Positions 11,827 through 25,161 of a stretch of 64,000 bases of DNA are shown piece by piece. Origin of the DNA: Octopus sinensis (taxonomy: Eukaryota); the NCBI RefSeq assembly GCF_006345805.1, contig NC_043001.1, positions 40,300,001-40,364,000 on the forward strand, written 5' to 3'. The position numbers and the translations under genes were made by a program. Under the pieces are notes generated by a model. That model did no database searches. It was given only the letters and a program-made list of their open reading frames with translations, and was not told where the DNA came from. Positions within the stretch are counted from its first letter, which is position 1; every line of letters starts with the position of its first letter.

Positions 11827-11863
11827 CAGTACCGGGTTTCAGTCATTGCGACTTTTTCAACTG
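11827..11863 (-). ncRNA. HHR-like motif with variant core, inside a PLE-like fragment (about 11740-11930)
   Basis: CAG TTGAAAA AGTC-gcaat-GACT GAAA CCCGG TA CTG. Confidence 0.4.
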
Positions 11864-11930
11864 TAACAATTAAATAATTAAATTTAGAAAAATTAAAAGA
11901 GAAGTTTTTTTAAAAGAATATTTGTATAAT

Positions 11931-12096
11931 AGGCGCAGGAGTGGCTGTGTGGTAAGTAGCTTTCTAACCAACCACATGGTTCCGGGTTCATTCCCACTGC
12001 ATGGCACCTTGGACAAGTGTCCTCTGCTATAGCCCCGGGCCGACCAATGCCTTGTGAGTGGATTTGGTAGACGGAAACTGAAAGAAGCCTGTTGTA

Positions 12097-12140
<44 letters not shown>

Positions 12141-12366
12141 CGTGTATGTTTGTATGTTTGTGTTTGTCCCCCTAGCATTGCTTGACAACCAATGCTGGTG
12201 TGTTTACGTCCCCGTCACTTAGCGGTTCAACAAAAGAGACCGATAGAATAAGTACTGGGCTTACAAAGAATAAGTCCCAGGGTCCGATTTGCTCGACTAA
12301 AGGCGGTGCTCCAGCATGGCCACAGTCAAATGACTGAAACAAGTAAAAGAGTAAAGAGTAAAGAGT
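11931..12366 (+). mobile_element. tRNA-derived SINE family A, full length
   Basis: A box TGGCTGTGTGG, B-box-like GGTTCATTCCC, CACCTTGGACAAGTG core, internal TA/TG tract, tail CCAGCATGGCC...GACTGAAACAAGTAAAAGAG. Confidence 0.92.
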
Positions 12367-12429
12367 AGTGTTCAAATACAAGTGGCATTTTCCTTGTTTC
12401 TGCCTGTCTCTGTTTCTCTTGTTTACTCT

Positions 12430-12571
12430 TGCGGGTTCGACCTCGTTGGTTGTAAATATGTGGTTCAATCCCACTGTGCAGCATCTTCTTCTATATCCCA
12501 GGACCAACAAAAGCTTTGTCAAAAGATTTGATAGACGGAAATTGAAAGAAGCCCATCATGTGTGCACACAC

Positions 12572-12602
<31 letters not shown>

Positions 12603-12625
12603 CGTGTGTGTGTGTGTGTGTGTGT
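12430..12625 (+). mobile_element. SINE family A, degenerate 5' half
   Basis: GGTTCAATCCCACTGTG...GATAGACGGAAATTGAAAGAAGCCC followed by (TG)n. Confidence 0.75.
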
Positions 12626-13011
12626 GAGACCACAGTTCTGCTATGCAGGAAAACAGATAGGGCTTTATGCCCATCAGGTAAATGGCCTTACTCAATACGT
12701 ATGTAAGGTATTGACTGCTATTCTATATAGTGTATGCAGTGCAAGCTATGGACACAGAAGAGGTACAGTAGAGCTACAGGAAGGTTAAAAGGAAAAGTAG
12801 TCTCTGTATATAGGTGTGTAGGAGCAATAAATACTAAAGACACATGGGAAATAGATTTTACTGAATTTCTCAGGAGATTCCCATGTGGTAATATGTAATT
12901 TCTACTACCTAGATAACTTCATCAGCAGTGGAGGATGATGTTCTGAAAGTATAGGTTCTTGAATAGGAATAAGATGGAGAATATTCAGAGAACTATTACC
13001 ACTATTAACAA

Positions 13012-13200
<189 letters not shown>

Positions 13201-13204
13201 CACA

Positions 13205-13640
13205 GTGAAAAGTATGATGTTTGTGTATGAGCAACAATGCTACATGGTACTAAGACAGGGGTTCTGAATGCAGAGGACAAATGAAAACTAGAAAAGAATG
13301 AAGCTAGTGTGTTCCATTGGGTGTGTAATGTCAGTGCACATGTATGACAAAGTACAAATGTGTTGTGAGAAAAATTAAGCCTAAGAGGAATCAATGTAGT
13401 GCACAAGAGAGAAGACTGCACTGGTTTTGTTCATGTGATGGTTTGGTCATGGATGAGGACAGCTGTGTAAAGAGATGCCAATCAAAGTTGATGAAACTCA
13501 TGGAAGTGAGAGACCAAAAGGTACATGGGCTAAAGTAGTGAAAGCTGACAACAAGATGTTGAGCTTTATGAAAGAGATGACATAGGACTAAATTGATTGG
13601 TGATTCACTGTGCTCAAAAGGACCTGTACATCACAACAAA
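13205..13640 (+). mobile_element. RTE ORF2 C-terminal relic
   Basis: QERRLHWF...MDEDSCVKRC; same family as 5585-6393. Confidence 0.8.
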
Positions 13641-15559
13641 AGTTCAAGTCCTAAAAGCATTATGTTTATGCTTGTACATGCTGGATCCTTCCTCTGCACC
13701 TAATTTGAATCATCAAGTTTCCTCACATCTCATCTTCCTAAATCTATCCCTCCTTCTTGCTTCTAAGTTTTACACAAATGATTACAAGTACTCAGCAGTT
13801 GTAATCATTTGAGAGAAGAATCAGCACATATTCCAGACCCCTTTTGATACATATACATAAACTCTTGAATATTTTGATGGAAACTGACTTCTACAACCAA
13901 GTAGATAATATTTTACGCTATGAATAATAGGTATTTATCTACAAGTATCTAGATTATCAATCAATTCTATTTACAAAAACTTTTTGTTGAACACAGGAAT
14001 GAAATATTTCAGATATATCAAATTACATCTGTGTACAGCTATATATAAATTTAATTTCAGGTGGAAATGATATTCAAGCTGTGTTCATATGTATGTTTCC
14101 TTGCACATGTGTACATATCTTATTATATAAAACTTCAATGCTGGAATAATTCTATTTAGGGACCTTGTCAATTGCTGAGTTTTGAAAGGAATATTCCACA
14201 CAAGTTAGGAGATAGGACAGTGGTTACAGAACCAAACTAAATTCTTTGTATGGCATTCTATATTTATAAGTTCAAATCCAAAGAGTATTAATTTTTCCCT
14301 TGTTTTTTTTTTTTTTATCATCTCTTTGGGCTGATAAAATAAGTAAATATATTATGCTGGGAAACAAATTCTCCAGATCATATCTATTTCATCTTGTGCA
14401 TAGTTAAAAGAAATCAATATTTGACTTAATAATTGTAGATTTGTTTTGTCAATGGTCAAAGAGATTTTTATCCTTATGTTTTCTGCCATAAATATTGTAT
14501 TTCCTTAGTAGATATTCAGTAAAAGCAGATTATCCTGAAGACTAAAGATTTATTACACAACTTTAGCATTTTAGGTTATGTGTATTTATTTGCACATATT
14601 TAAACAATTCTTTATGATTGGGTTTCAATGGACCAATTGTTATATGACAATAATTATAATTATAATTAGATACAAAAACATTTTAAGGAAAAACAACTGT
14701 TAAAACAACTAAGTCTATCGATTTCCAAGAGTCTCTCTCTATGCTTTCACTGTAAATATCATTATTATCATCATTGTTGTTGTCATCATCCACTTCATCA
14801 CAGCTCCTCGTAGCAATTCTAAAATCATTAGCTTTTTAGAAATCAATATTATTCAAAGATTGAACATCATTATCAATATTAGTTTTATCAAGGATCTTTA
14901 ACTGTAAGAGATAAAAGCTGTAGCAAACCCTATTTTTGTAAAGCTAAAACAATAATTTTACAAGTCATATTGAATAAAATCCTTCTCAGGAATCCAAAAG
15001 AATAAATGCACCATTAAATGCTTGCAGCTGGCCGAGTCAAATGGGGCTCAGAATACAACATGAACAGACAATAAGTTTGTATTATTTCATCATTACTCAC
15101 CAAAATATTTGTCTCCTGCTGGTAGGTCACTTAGGTGTTAAATAGATGTTCCACATAGTTACAAGCTACTTCTGTGGAAGGCAAGCAGTAAATCGTATAA
15201 TCCATTGATTTGATGGGACAAAATACATATAGTGTTTCTTGAATAAATCAGATTAGTGGAGTTCATCCTTCTCTAAGAAGAGTTGAACCCAGTGCTGCAT
15301 GCTAGAGAAATATCTATCAATTTCACACCATTGTAATTAATTATTATCCTGCTTTGCAGGATAAGTTTTAAGTAAGGTAAACTAGTCTACAGAGTTAAAT
15401 GTTTAACCATGGACACAATGCAGAACATGAAGTTACAATATTTCAACTGATTGTGTAGCACCCTATCAGTTTAGTCAAGTATTCTCTCAAGAATTGGGGA
15501 AAGGAGCACTATATAACTGACTGGAGTTTCTTTTAGTTTATAGTAGTGAATTTAATTCC

Positions 15560-15799
15560 TTGTGTGTGCTGGTGGCATGTAAAAAGCACCATCCGACCGT
15601 GGCCATTTGCCAGCCTCGTCTGGCACCTGTGCCGGTGGCACATAAAAAGCACCCACTACACTCATGGAGTGGTTGATGTTAGGAAGGGCATCCAGCCATA
15701 GAAACATTGCCAGATCAGACTGGGCCTGGTGCAGCCTTCTGGCTTTCCAGACCCCAGTTGAACCGTCCAACCCATGCTAGCATGGAAAGCGGATGCTAA

Positions 15800-15830
<31 letters not shown>
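15560..15830 (+). mobile_element. RTE 3' UTR copy with (GAT)n tail
   Basis: GGCATCCAGCCATAGAAAC...CCAACCCATGCTAGCATGGAAAGCGGATG(ATG)n. Confidence 0.9.
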
Positions 15831-15832
<2 letters not shown>

Positions 15833-16256
15833 TGTAAAATAGGCAATAGGAAACCATTCAAATGTTTTATCAAGAGATCCTTTCATTAACAAGGTCTCTA
15901 GGAGTTCAGTTTCTTTATGCATTCAACGGTAAATAATGTCTAAGAAAGGAGATAGTTCTTTAGGATTAAACAAAAAGCTGTTAGCACGAGAAATACCATA
16001 TAAACTTCAAAGTGAAATTGGGAGGTGACAATTCTAAATTACTGCCTATTTAATGGTATGTTGTTAATGGATTATTTAAATTATGCAAATTTGTGGTACC
16101 TTGGACAAGTAGATTCTACTATAGACCTTGGCCAACCTAAGACTTGTGAGTAAATTTGGTTGCAGAAAACTGAAAGAAGTCTGTCATATGTGTGTGTGTG
16201 TATGTTCATATGCACGCAAATGTGCATGAGTGTATGTATATATAATACATATATAT

Positions 16257-16330
<74 letters not shown>

Positions 16331-16357
16331 ATATAGATAGATAAGATATATATAATA

Positions 16358-16423
<66 letters not shown>

Positions 16424-16425
<2 letters not shown>

Positions 16426-17140
16426 GGGTTTGATCAGTATCCAGACTGTTGCCCTAGTAACAAAGCTAAAGTATGCAGAGTGAAGTCACCTGGCAAAGAT
16501 TGATCTTGTGCATGTGCACTAAGTTTCAACATTCTAACTCACTTCCACTGTTTACGGCAGTACTTGGAAGTAACATGTGTAACTGAAATCTGAGTGTCTT
16601 TTTGGTCAGCTCAAAGCAATTTTGGCACAAACTTGGCAGACACACGTCTCATAACCAAATCTTCAGTGATAATGGGCTTAACTGCACCATAACTAATCTG
16701 CACATCTTCTGATAACTCACAAATTATGATTTGATGATTTCCCCTCACATCTGCAAAGTTTTTCTCAGTTCAGCTAGCTGCAGGTCTCCCAGAACGTTCG
16801 TCACTATCAACATTTTTTTGGCCATCTTGGAAATGTCTGAACCACTTGTACACTTGTGTGCAACTTGTACACTCCTCTCCATACTCTTTCTGCAACTTTG
16901 CATAGGCCTCTGAGCAGGTATTGCTATGACAGCTTTTTCTATATGGTCAGTGCGATGATCACACATTACACATGTTACTTCCAAGCACTTCTGTAAACAA
17001 AGGAAGTGAGCTAGAATGTTAAAACTTCGCTTGTATGCACAGTGGAAGTCAAGGTCAATCTGTGCTGAGCAGCTTCACTCTGCATGCTTTAGCTTCTTTA
17101 TTATGGCAACAGTCCGAATACTTACTGATCAGGCCTTGTA
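16424..17140 (-). mobile_element. Non-autonomous mariner with long (about 160 bp) inverted arms
   Basis: Ends GATCAGTATCCAGACTGTTGCC / GGCAACAGTCCGAATACTTACTGATC. Core encodes VYKWFRHFQDGQKNVDSDERSGRP...MRRVSAKFVPKLL. Confidence 0.85.
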
Positions 17141-17511
17141 AGGTCATTGAACACTTTCATCAGAGATATCTGAGACATTCTGAATATTGGCTGAACCTTA
17201 AAAACTCCAGTCATACAGGTCCTGAGGAAAGCTGATGTCTTGAGTATTGAGGTGATAGTGCACAAGCACCGGTTATGTTGGGCTGGATATCTTATTACAA
17301 TGGAGGATAGCAGATTCCCTAAACAGATGCTATTCGGGGAACTTGCTAGTGGAAAGAGACTCTGGCAGAAACCAAGGCTGTAATTTAATGACTGTGTCAA
17401 GTCCTCATTAAAGACCTGTGATATACGCAGAAGACCAACTGGGAGAGCAATGCCTGTCATAGCCACAGATGGAGGAAGCAGGTTAAGAAGGGGTTGACAT
17501 CTTTGAAAGAG

Positions 17512-17512
<1 letters not shown>
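17141..17512 (+). mobile_element. RTE ORF2 C-terminal fragment (second RTE family)
   Basis: IEHFHQRYLR...WAG...MEDSRFPKQMLFGELASGKR. Confidence 0.85.
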
Positions 17513-17544
<32 letters not shown>

Positions 17545-17626
17545 CACACACATACATATATATGTATGTCTGTAAATATACATATGTATGTGTGTGTGTA
17601 TGTATGTATATACATATATGTGTGTG

Positions 17627-17664
<38 letters not shown>

Positions 17665-18321
17665 TCTTACTATCACAGAACAGTACACTATATATACTCA
17701 TGTATACTCATGCATGTGCATGCGAATATACATGTGTATCTATGTGCATGTATGTGTGTGTGTGCATGCATGTCTGCTCATGTGTGTGTGTGTTGGTGCA
17801 TGCATGCTCATGTACAGATGCACATGCTTGCATCAATACAGACTTGCACACAAAATCATATGTGCACATCCACACACCCACATATACAACTATATACTTG
17901 TACACACTGCCCCTTCCTACTTCCTCTCCAACAACCCAACCAATTTTCTGTCCACCATGCAGTTGATTTCCTGTTCACCACGCAGCATTTTCCAACTAAC
18001 TGTTGTTGCTGATATACCAATATGCCAACAACATCAAACACTATGTGACCTTCCTCGACCAATCGCAACCCACTTTACGGTAATAACAATCAACTTCTGT
18101 CATTCAAATTCAAAATGGCTGAAGACTAGCATCATGCTTGAAACTTGGAGTACTGACAAATTTGAATAAAACTGCTTCGAGCCATATATATATATATATA
18201 TATATCACCGTCACTGTCACCGACAAGGCTATCAGATGTTGTTACACATCGCTGGTCACATTGCGCTTCGCATTGTTTTAGCCTTCAAATAACGCCACCC
18301 TGCTGGCTAACCAAGCAGGCC

Positions 18322-18356
<35 letters not shown>

Positions 18357-19196
18357 ATGATCAGATAAATGAGGTGAAAGAATAGATGTCTATTCCATTT
18401 TTTTGACAGCTGTTTGATAATTTGTGTTAGTTATATAAGTGATAATACATAATTATCCCTCAATCAAAACATAAAATGCCTGTTTATTCTACATATCATT
18501 TTGTAATGAGGAATATTCATCAATGGGAGACCACAGAAAAGGAGTAAATGAGATTTGCAGTTGTTACTGCCTTTTACTAAAGCATTAGGATGAGGATATG
18601 GATGGTCATATCAACAGGGTACTGGACAACCAATTCAGAGATTAGTTATCTAGTACCTTATTATAGTACAGTGAAAATTATGAAGAGACTGAATTCCTAA
18701 CAGCCCAGTCCTATAAGTAGGTACTAGAGTGTGGTATAATTTACCACGTTAAACAGTAGCTAAACTGTAAAATTGACAAATGAATAATTGGCTAACAGTG
18801 GTTGTTTGTTAAAAATCCTCCAGGCTAGAGCAGCACACACACACACATGTTTACACTAATTCATGAATAAACATATATAATTATGTATACATTTTTATCT
18901 CATGATGGAGAGTGAGTTCCAGGGAATTCTAACTATCTGGTTAGAATTCTATAGAATTCTATAAAATGGTAAAAACTTGCAACAGACACAATAATTGCAT
19001 CTAATGTCATGTAACAAGATCTAAAATATTTTTTAAAATAACAAAAAAATCAAACAGGAACTTGTTTTTATTATTTACTTTAGTATAGAATCTGGTCATT
19101 GACTCAAGAAAGGAATACTTTCTTGTGAAGTAGGTTTTTATTTCATTTTACAAATCAGCTCTTAAGATTTGTGTGGGGAAGCTGCAGATTCAAATC

Positions 19197-19227
<31 letters not shown>

Positions 19228-19330
19228 CATCACCATCATCAACATTTAACGTCTGTTTTTCATGCTGTCATGGGTTGAACGGTTTGACAGGAACTGGTAA
19301 GGTCAGGGGTCGCACCAGGTTTCATAGTTT
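19197..19330 (-). mobile_element. RTE 3' tail copy
   Basis: (CAT)n then TTTAACGTCTGTTTTTCATGCTGTCATGGGTTG. Confidence 0.85.
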
Positions 19331-19332
19331 GT

Positions 19333-19363
<31 letters not shown>

Positions 19364-19566
19364 ATAATAATAAATATTAGGGAATAAATCCAAATTACAG
19401 GGAAAAATCAGATTTAGGATTGAATCCAATTTATAGCAAAATATATATAATATTAATTAGAGACAACTTAATTTTATTTAATTTATATAAATTTTTTATG
19501 TATTGGATTAAGTCTTTCTTTGTTGATTTGCATAATAGTGGTTTTGTCTCTAATTAATATTATATA

Positions 19567-19597
<31 letters not shown>

Positions 19598-19608
19598 AAT
19601 ATATATAG

Positions 19609-19639
<31 letters not shown>

Positions 19640-19684
19640 ATTATATTATATATATTATATATATATATATATATAAAATAAATG

Positions 19685-19719
<35 letters not shown>

Positions 19720-19727
19720 ATACGTAC

Positions 19728-20704
19728 TAGCCGATTATCCCGTTGTTGCCAGGCAATTTTTGCAAGAGTATGTCGTTTTTCAATTTTTAAAATTTTATGT
19801 CAAATAATGCATTCTCCAATGGATAGGCCCTCTTCGTCAGGACAATTTTCTGCATTATTTGGGGCAATTTATAATGTATCAATAAACTCTTTTTTTGTTT
19901 TTCCATTTGCTGTCATAGATGTAAAAAATTTTCTTAGCTCACTGCTGATGTTTTGTGATGGTCTTATAACTCTATTACCCTAATGAAATTCCTTACACAC
20001 ATGCATACACATACTCAGACACAAATACATACACACACTCAGGGTGAGTGATATACGTATACAGAGAAGAGTGAGAGTGGGATAAATATATATAGAGAGA
20101 GGGGAGGTTTACAATGAGAAAAGCATAAATGAGAGATCTTATCTGTTGCTGTCACAGAATTTGAAATTTTAAAATGAAGTGAAAATTTTCAAATTTAGTA
20201 TATTGTTGTACCTTCTCATACTGAATTCAATTTTGGAATCCATTTATTTCAGAAAAATTTTAGAAAGAGGTTTAAAGTTTGAGGTTTGATCATTTTCACC
20301 CAATCAGAAAACAGGATTTGGAAGCTAGCATTTTCTGTGTGATAGCAGTCTCTCACAAAATGAAAGCATGTCGAGAGAGTGGGGAACAGCATGTATGAGA
20401 AATATACATATACAGAAAGAGAGAGAGTGTGTGTGATAAAGAGTGTGGTAAATATATAAAGAGAAGGGAAGGTGTAAATTTGGAGAGTGATAGAGAGTCG
20501 TAGATTTGTCAATCTAAAAGTTGAGTTATTTCTCATAGCAAATTATATTTTTCGATTAATTATAATCAAAAATCTTGTTGGGATGCAGATTTCAAAAATC
20601 AAATCTGTTTCTCACGAGGATGCATCATTTCACAGCCTTTCCATGATATACTCATATACATACTCACATACATTCTCATTTATATAGTATATATATATAT
20701 AGAT

Positions 20705-20705
<1 letters not shown>
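19728..20705 (+). mobile_element. Non-autonomous Helitron/Helentron-like element
   Basis: Starts ACTAGCCGATTATCCCGTTGTTGCCAGG and ends CATACATTCTCATTTATATAG...AGAT, resembling DINE/HINE-type termini; lies within TA tracts. Confidence 0.5.
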
Positions 20706-20756
<51 letters not shown>

Positions 20757-20797
20757 TGTTTAGTAATACCTATAGATAGAATGGAAAACATGAGTAT

Positions 20798-20801
<4 letters not shown>

Positions 20802-20828
<27 letters not shown>

Positions 20829-21002
20829 TTAGCGTCCGTTTTCCATGCTAGCATGGGTTGGACGGTTTAACTGGGGTCTGTGAAGCCGGAAGGCTTCATC
20901 AGGCCCAGTCAGATTTGGCAGTGTTTCTACGGCTGGATGCCCTTCCTAACGCCAACCACTCCGTGAGTGTAGTGGGTGCTTTTTACGTGCCACCTGCACA
21001 GG
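20802..21002 (-). mobile_element. RTE 3' tail copy
   Basis: (CAT)n + TTTAGCGTCCGTTTTCCATGCTAGCATGGGTTGGACGG. Confidence 0.9.
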
Positions 21003-21363
21003 TATGTTTTTCTATATTTAATGGGCAGAAGTTACAAAGTGACTCAAGGACCAAGTATTTCATGCATAGCTCTAATCAAAATGCTTCAGAATCTTAGAGT
21101 TAGTTTTTTTTGTAGACTGATTTATAATTATCATTAGATTGTTTGAGAAACAAGTAAAATTGGAGGTTCACATGAAGACTGTAAACTTTTTCAAATAGTT
21201 TCCTCATTAAGTAGTTTAGTAAATGAATAGATAAATAAATATATGAAAATAAATAAAGATTTAATAAAAGGGAAGAAGAAAGTTTATACATACACACAAA
21301 AACAGTCATACAAAACACGTGCAAACACATACATACTCATACATAGTATACACATTCATATAA

Positions 21364-21905
21364 ATCATCATCATCATTATTATCATCACCATCATCATCA
21401 TCATCATCATTATCATCATCATCATCGTCGTTGTTTAACATCTGCTTTCCATGCTAGAAGACTGGTGAACCAGATGGCTGCACCAGGCTCCAGTCTGATC
21501 TGGCAGAGTTTCTACAGCTGGATGCCAACCACTCCGAGAATGTAGTGGGTGCATTTACGTGCCAGTCAGGCAGTACTGGCAACGGCCATGCTCAAATGGT
21601 GTTTTTTACGTGCCACCTGCACAGGAGCCAGTCCAGCAGCACTGGCAACTACCTCACTTGAGTGCTTTTTTATGTGCCTCCGGCACACACATACACATAC
21701 ATACACAACATACATATACACACATACATATGTACACCACCACCACCATCATCATCATCATCATTTGACTTCCATGTTCAATGCTGGCATGTATTGATTG
21801 GTTTGACAGGATCTCATGGACCCAAGAACTGCATCATACTCCACTGTCTGCTTTGACAAGATTTTTATGGTTGGGTACCCTTCCTAATGCCATCCACTTG
21901 ACAGT
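21364..21905 (-). mobile_element. Two stacked RTE 3' tail copies
   Basis: (CAT)n tails at about 21364-21430 and 21737-21765, each followed by the family 3' UTR. Confidence 0.8.
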
Positions 21906-22249
21906 GTATATTGGATACTTTTGCATGGCAACAGCACTTGTGTGTGTATACACACACACACAGAGGAATCCTCTGCACTGCAGGAGTAATGTGTTCTTGA
22001 GTAACTTGATGTAACACAAAATCCCATAATGTAAAATTAATTTTCCCTTTGATTTTCATGTTATAAAGTGATAATATATTCTGACAAATATTTGCAAGAA
22101 AAATAATGACAAAAAAACAAACAAAACAACCACTTTTATGCATGAAAATAACAATTTTAAAGTATATTCATTTCAATATGTATACATAAAAACATTTGAA
22201 GATATATACATTGGGGAATAAATAAAAATTGTAATATCATAATAGGGTA

Positions 22250-24460
22250 CATTTTTATCACAAAAGATGTTAACTACTGTGTGATGGATGGTAGTGATGG
22301 AATGAGAGTTACTAAAAAGATGAGACACACTATCTTCTCTCTTATATTTCATCATCAACACCTGTATGAGGGCAAAGAGCTAATTCAAAATTATCTGATT
22401 CTTATGTAGCATCATCCTTTTGCATAGCCCAGCATACAAACTGAACTCATTGTAAACTCATCTTGTAATTTTTATAATACATTTATGATTAGAGTTGTTA
22501 TCAACAAAAACTTGTAGACCTTCTACTATAAGTGCAAACCTGTTGGTAAAATTTTTTGCAGTCAATTTAATAGATTTGGTGGAATTTATATATTCTCATC
22601 TGTATTTTCATCTTTCTCTTTATTCTAACAGCATCAGTATCTCCTTAGATAATATGTTTCCATGGAACACTAGTAACTTGACCACATGATTCTCTATGAC
22701 TTCTTTAAACCCTACATAAGTGCAAACCCTACATAAGTGCAAACCCTACATAAGTGCAAACCCTACATAAGTGCAAACCCTTTAGCAAAATTCATTGAAG
22801 GCAGTTTAATAGAGTTGGTGGCATTTCCATATTCTTATCTGTATTCTCATCTTTCTCTGACAGCATCAGTGACCCCTTAAATAATCTGTTTCTATGGAAT
22901 ACTAGTAACTTGGTCACATCATCCCCTATGACTTCTTTAAACCCTATATCATTTGCAAGTGTCACAATATCTTTCTGAATTCAATGTAGACATTCTAATG
23001 TGGAAAACTTGGAAAATCATGGATATCGTCAGACTATATAATTTTTCCAAGAACCATTCAAAATTGAATCTTATACTTCATCCCATGACTCAGCTGTGTT
23101 ATTTACTGCATCCTTGTTAATTTCTTTCAGAAGTTATTTGAAAGTTCTTCTCAGATAATATACTCTGAAGTTAGTTGTCACTCCTAGATCAATTGGCTGA
23201 AGCAAAGAAGTTGTATTCTTTGAGATATATTCTATTCTTACATAATCAGAAAGTGCAATGAAGTTAACTGAGTGGTTTGGTGCATTGTCTAAAAGGATCA
23301 ATGTTTTGTTGGAAATATTATGTCTGGCACTGTACCTTTCTACAACCAGACTAAAAGTATCTGTAAACCACTCTTAGAAAAAGCTCTAAGTCATTCAGGC
23401 CTTCTTATTTAGACCTCAGATTCAGAGGTATTCTATTCTTACATAATCAGAAAGTGCAATGAAGTTAACTGAGTGTTTGGTGCATTGTCTAAAAGGATCA
23501 ATGTTTTGTTGGAAATATTATGTCTGGCACTGTACCTTTCTACAACCAGACTAAAAGTATCTGTAAACCACTCTTAGAAAAAGCTCTAAGTCATTCAGGC
23601 CTTCTTATTTAGACCTCAGATTCAGAGGTAAACTTTGTGCAGCCCTCAAAAGCATCTGGATTTTCAGAGTGATATGCAACTAGGGAGTTTTAATTTCATA
23701 TCATCAGCATCATTTCCTTCGAGAAGTGTCAGAGGATTTTTTGAAGTTTATATCCCAGTTTTGAATTTTCTTCACAAGAAATAAAATTTCTAGTGGGCTG
23801 AGTTCTAAAAAAATGGAGTTTCATCAATGATAATTAGTAGTAATCTTTGCATCAGCATAGACAGCTTCAATTATTTTTATATAATGCACATTCAATCTAT
23901 TCTTAAGCCTTTCAAACCAGCCAGGAAAAGTTTTCAATTAGAAGTTTCATGTTCCTTTTCTGGCAAATTGTTGTACAAACTTTCTCATCAGCACAATGCT
24001 TTGAGTTTGATACTCAATTCATACACTTCTAAGAGCCATACCATATTAAGCATCACATTAGATCAATTAAAAAATAATGTCTAAGCAGTTAATGAAAAAA
24101 CTTCTTCAGCACTTGACTTAAATTTATCTCTATTGACATGTATTGTTCTTATTGTAGACATTGTGAAACTTGATATTTTGGTAAAGTAGTTCATCTTTTT
24201 CTCTCACGTGAAGCTTTTTAAAACATCAAGTTTGATATCCAGTGTAATCTTTTTATAGTTCCTTTTCAAACTACTTACTTCAGTTCCAATTGGTGGTTTT
24301 TTCCAGATATCTTGAATTATAGATTAATCCTATAATTTATTTATATTATGTAATTATAGTAGTAGCAATCAATAATCATCCACAACAAATATGTATAAAA
24401 AAAGTAGTGCGACAGCAAAGAATTGTTTTGTGAAATCAAAAACTGTTGTCTTGGTGTAAG
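22250..24460 (-). pseudogene. pogo/Tigger-like transposase relic
   Basis: KTLILLDNAPNHS...KNTTSLLQPIDLGVTTNFRVYYLRRTF (DDE_1-type motif); many stops; internal duplications. Confidence 0.8.
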
Positions 24461-25161
24461 AATGGAAATGAGAAAATGAAAAAGTGGAAGAATCACATGG
24501 GAGGAAGTGCTATATGATTACAGTTTGTTAAAGGGTCACCAGTTTCATGAGCACTCTCCACTTGCACCTCTGACTTGATTAATAAAATTTCTATGCTCAA
24601 CTCTCTCACAAAAATGCATACACACACAATGTTGCGTTGATATAAACATATGTAGCTACAGACATTGCTATTATGCTGATTCTGCTTTTGTAGCTGGTTG
24701 ACTATTCAAATATTGGTAGTGATATTTCATTGGTTTTGGTATTGTGATGATGATGGTTGGAGTATCACTGGTGTTGATAGTGGTTGTAGTGATCTTCTTA
24801 ATTGTGTTGTTATTGTTGTTTAGTTTCAAACCATTGACCTGAAATCAGAGACATTTCACTCAACACTAGATGCTAGAGAACTATACAATCTCATTTAATT
24901 GCTTTTTTTTATTTCAGAGAGGGCTGCTTACCTTGTTCATACTATTGTTGCTGTTGCTGTTGTCATTAAGGAGTTGGTGGGTTGATTGCATTGGATATAT
25001 ACTAGATATATATATAGATATCATATATATTGAAATCAACAAGCAATCAAATAAATGAGTAAAATTAGTGGACAACAAGAGGATATGCACAAGAAATGTA
25101 TTAGCTTGACATTCAGTGAAAAGGGAGAGTAGATATGTAGATATGTAGATATATACATATA

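Noticed and set aside
18575-18770. Acidic plus-strand reading DEDMDGHINR...YSENYEETEF
   Set aside because: Several in-frame stops, weak splice sites and no recognisable family.
19089-19129. Possible 41-bp plus exon NLVIDSRKEYFLV
   Set aside because: Moderate donor only, with no homology or compatible neighbour established; within chance expectation.
22707-22781. 17-bp repeat array as a possible CRISPR
   Set aside because: Head-to-tail units with no spacers, eukaryotic context and no cas genes.
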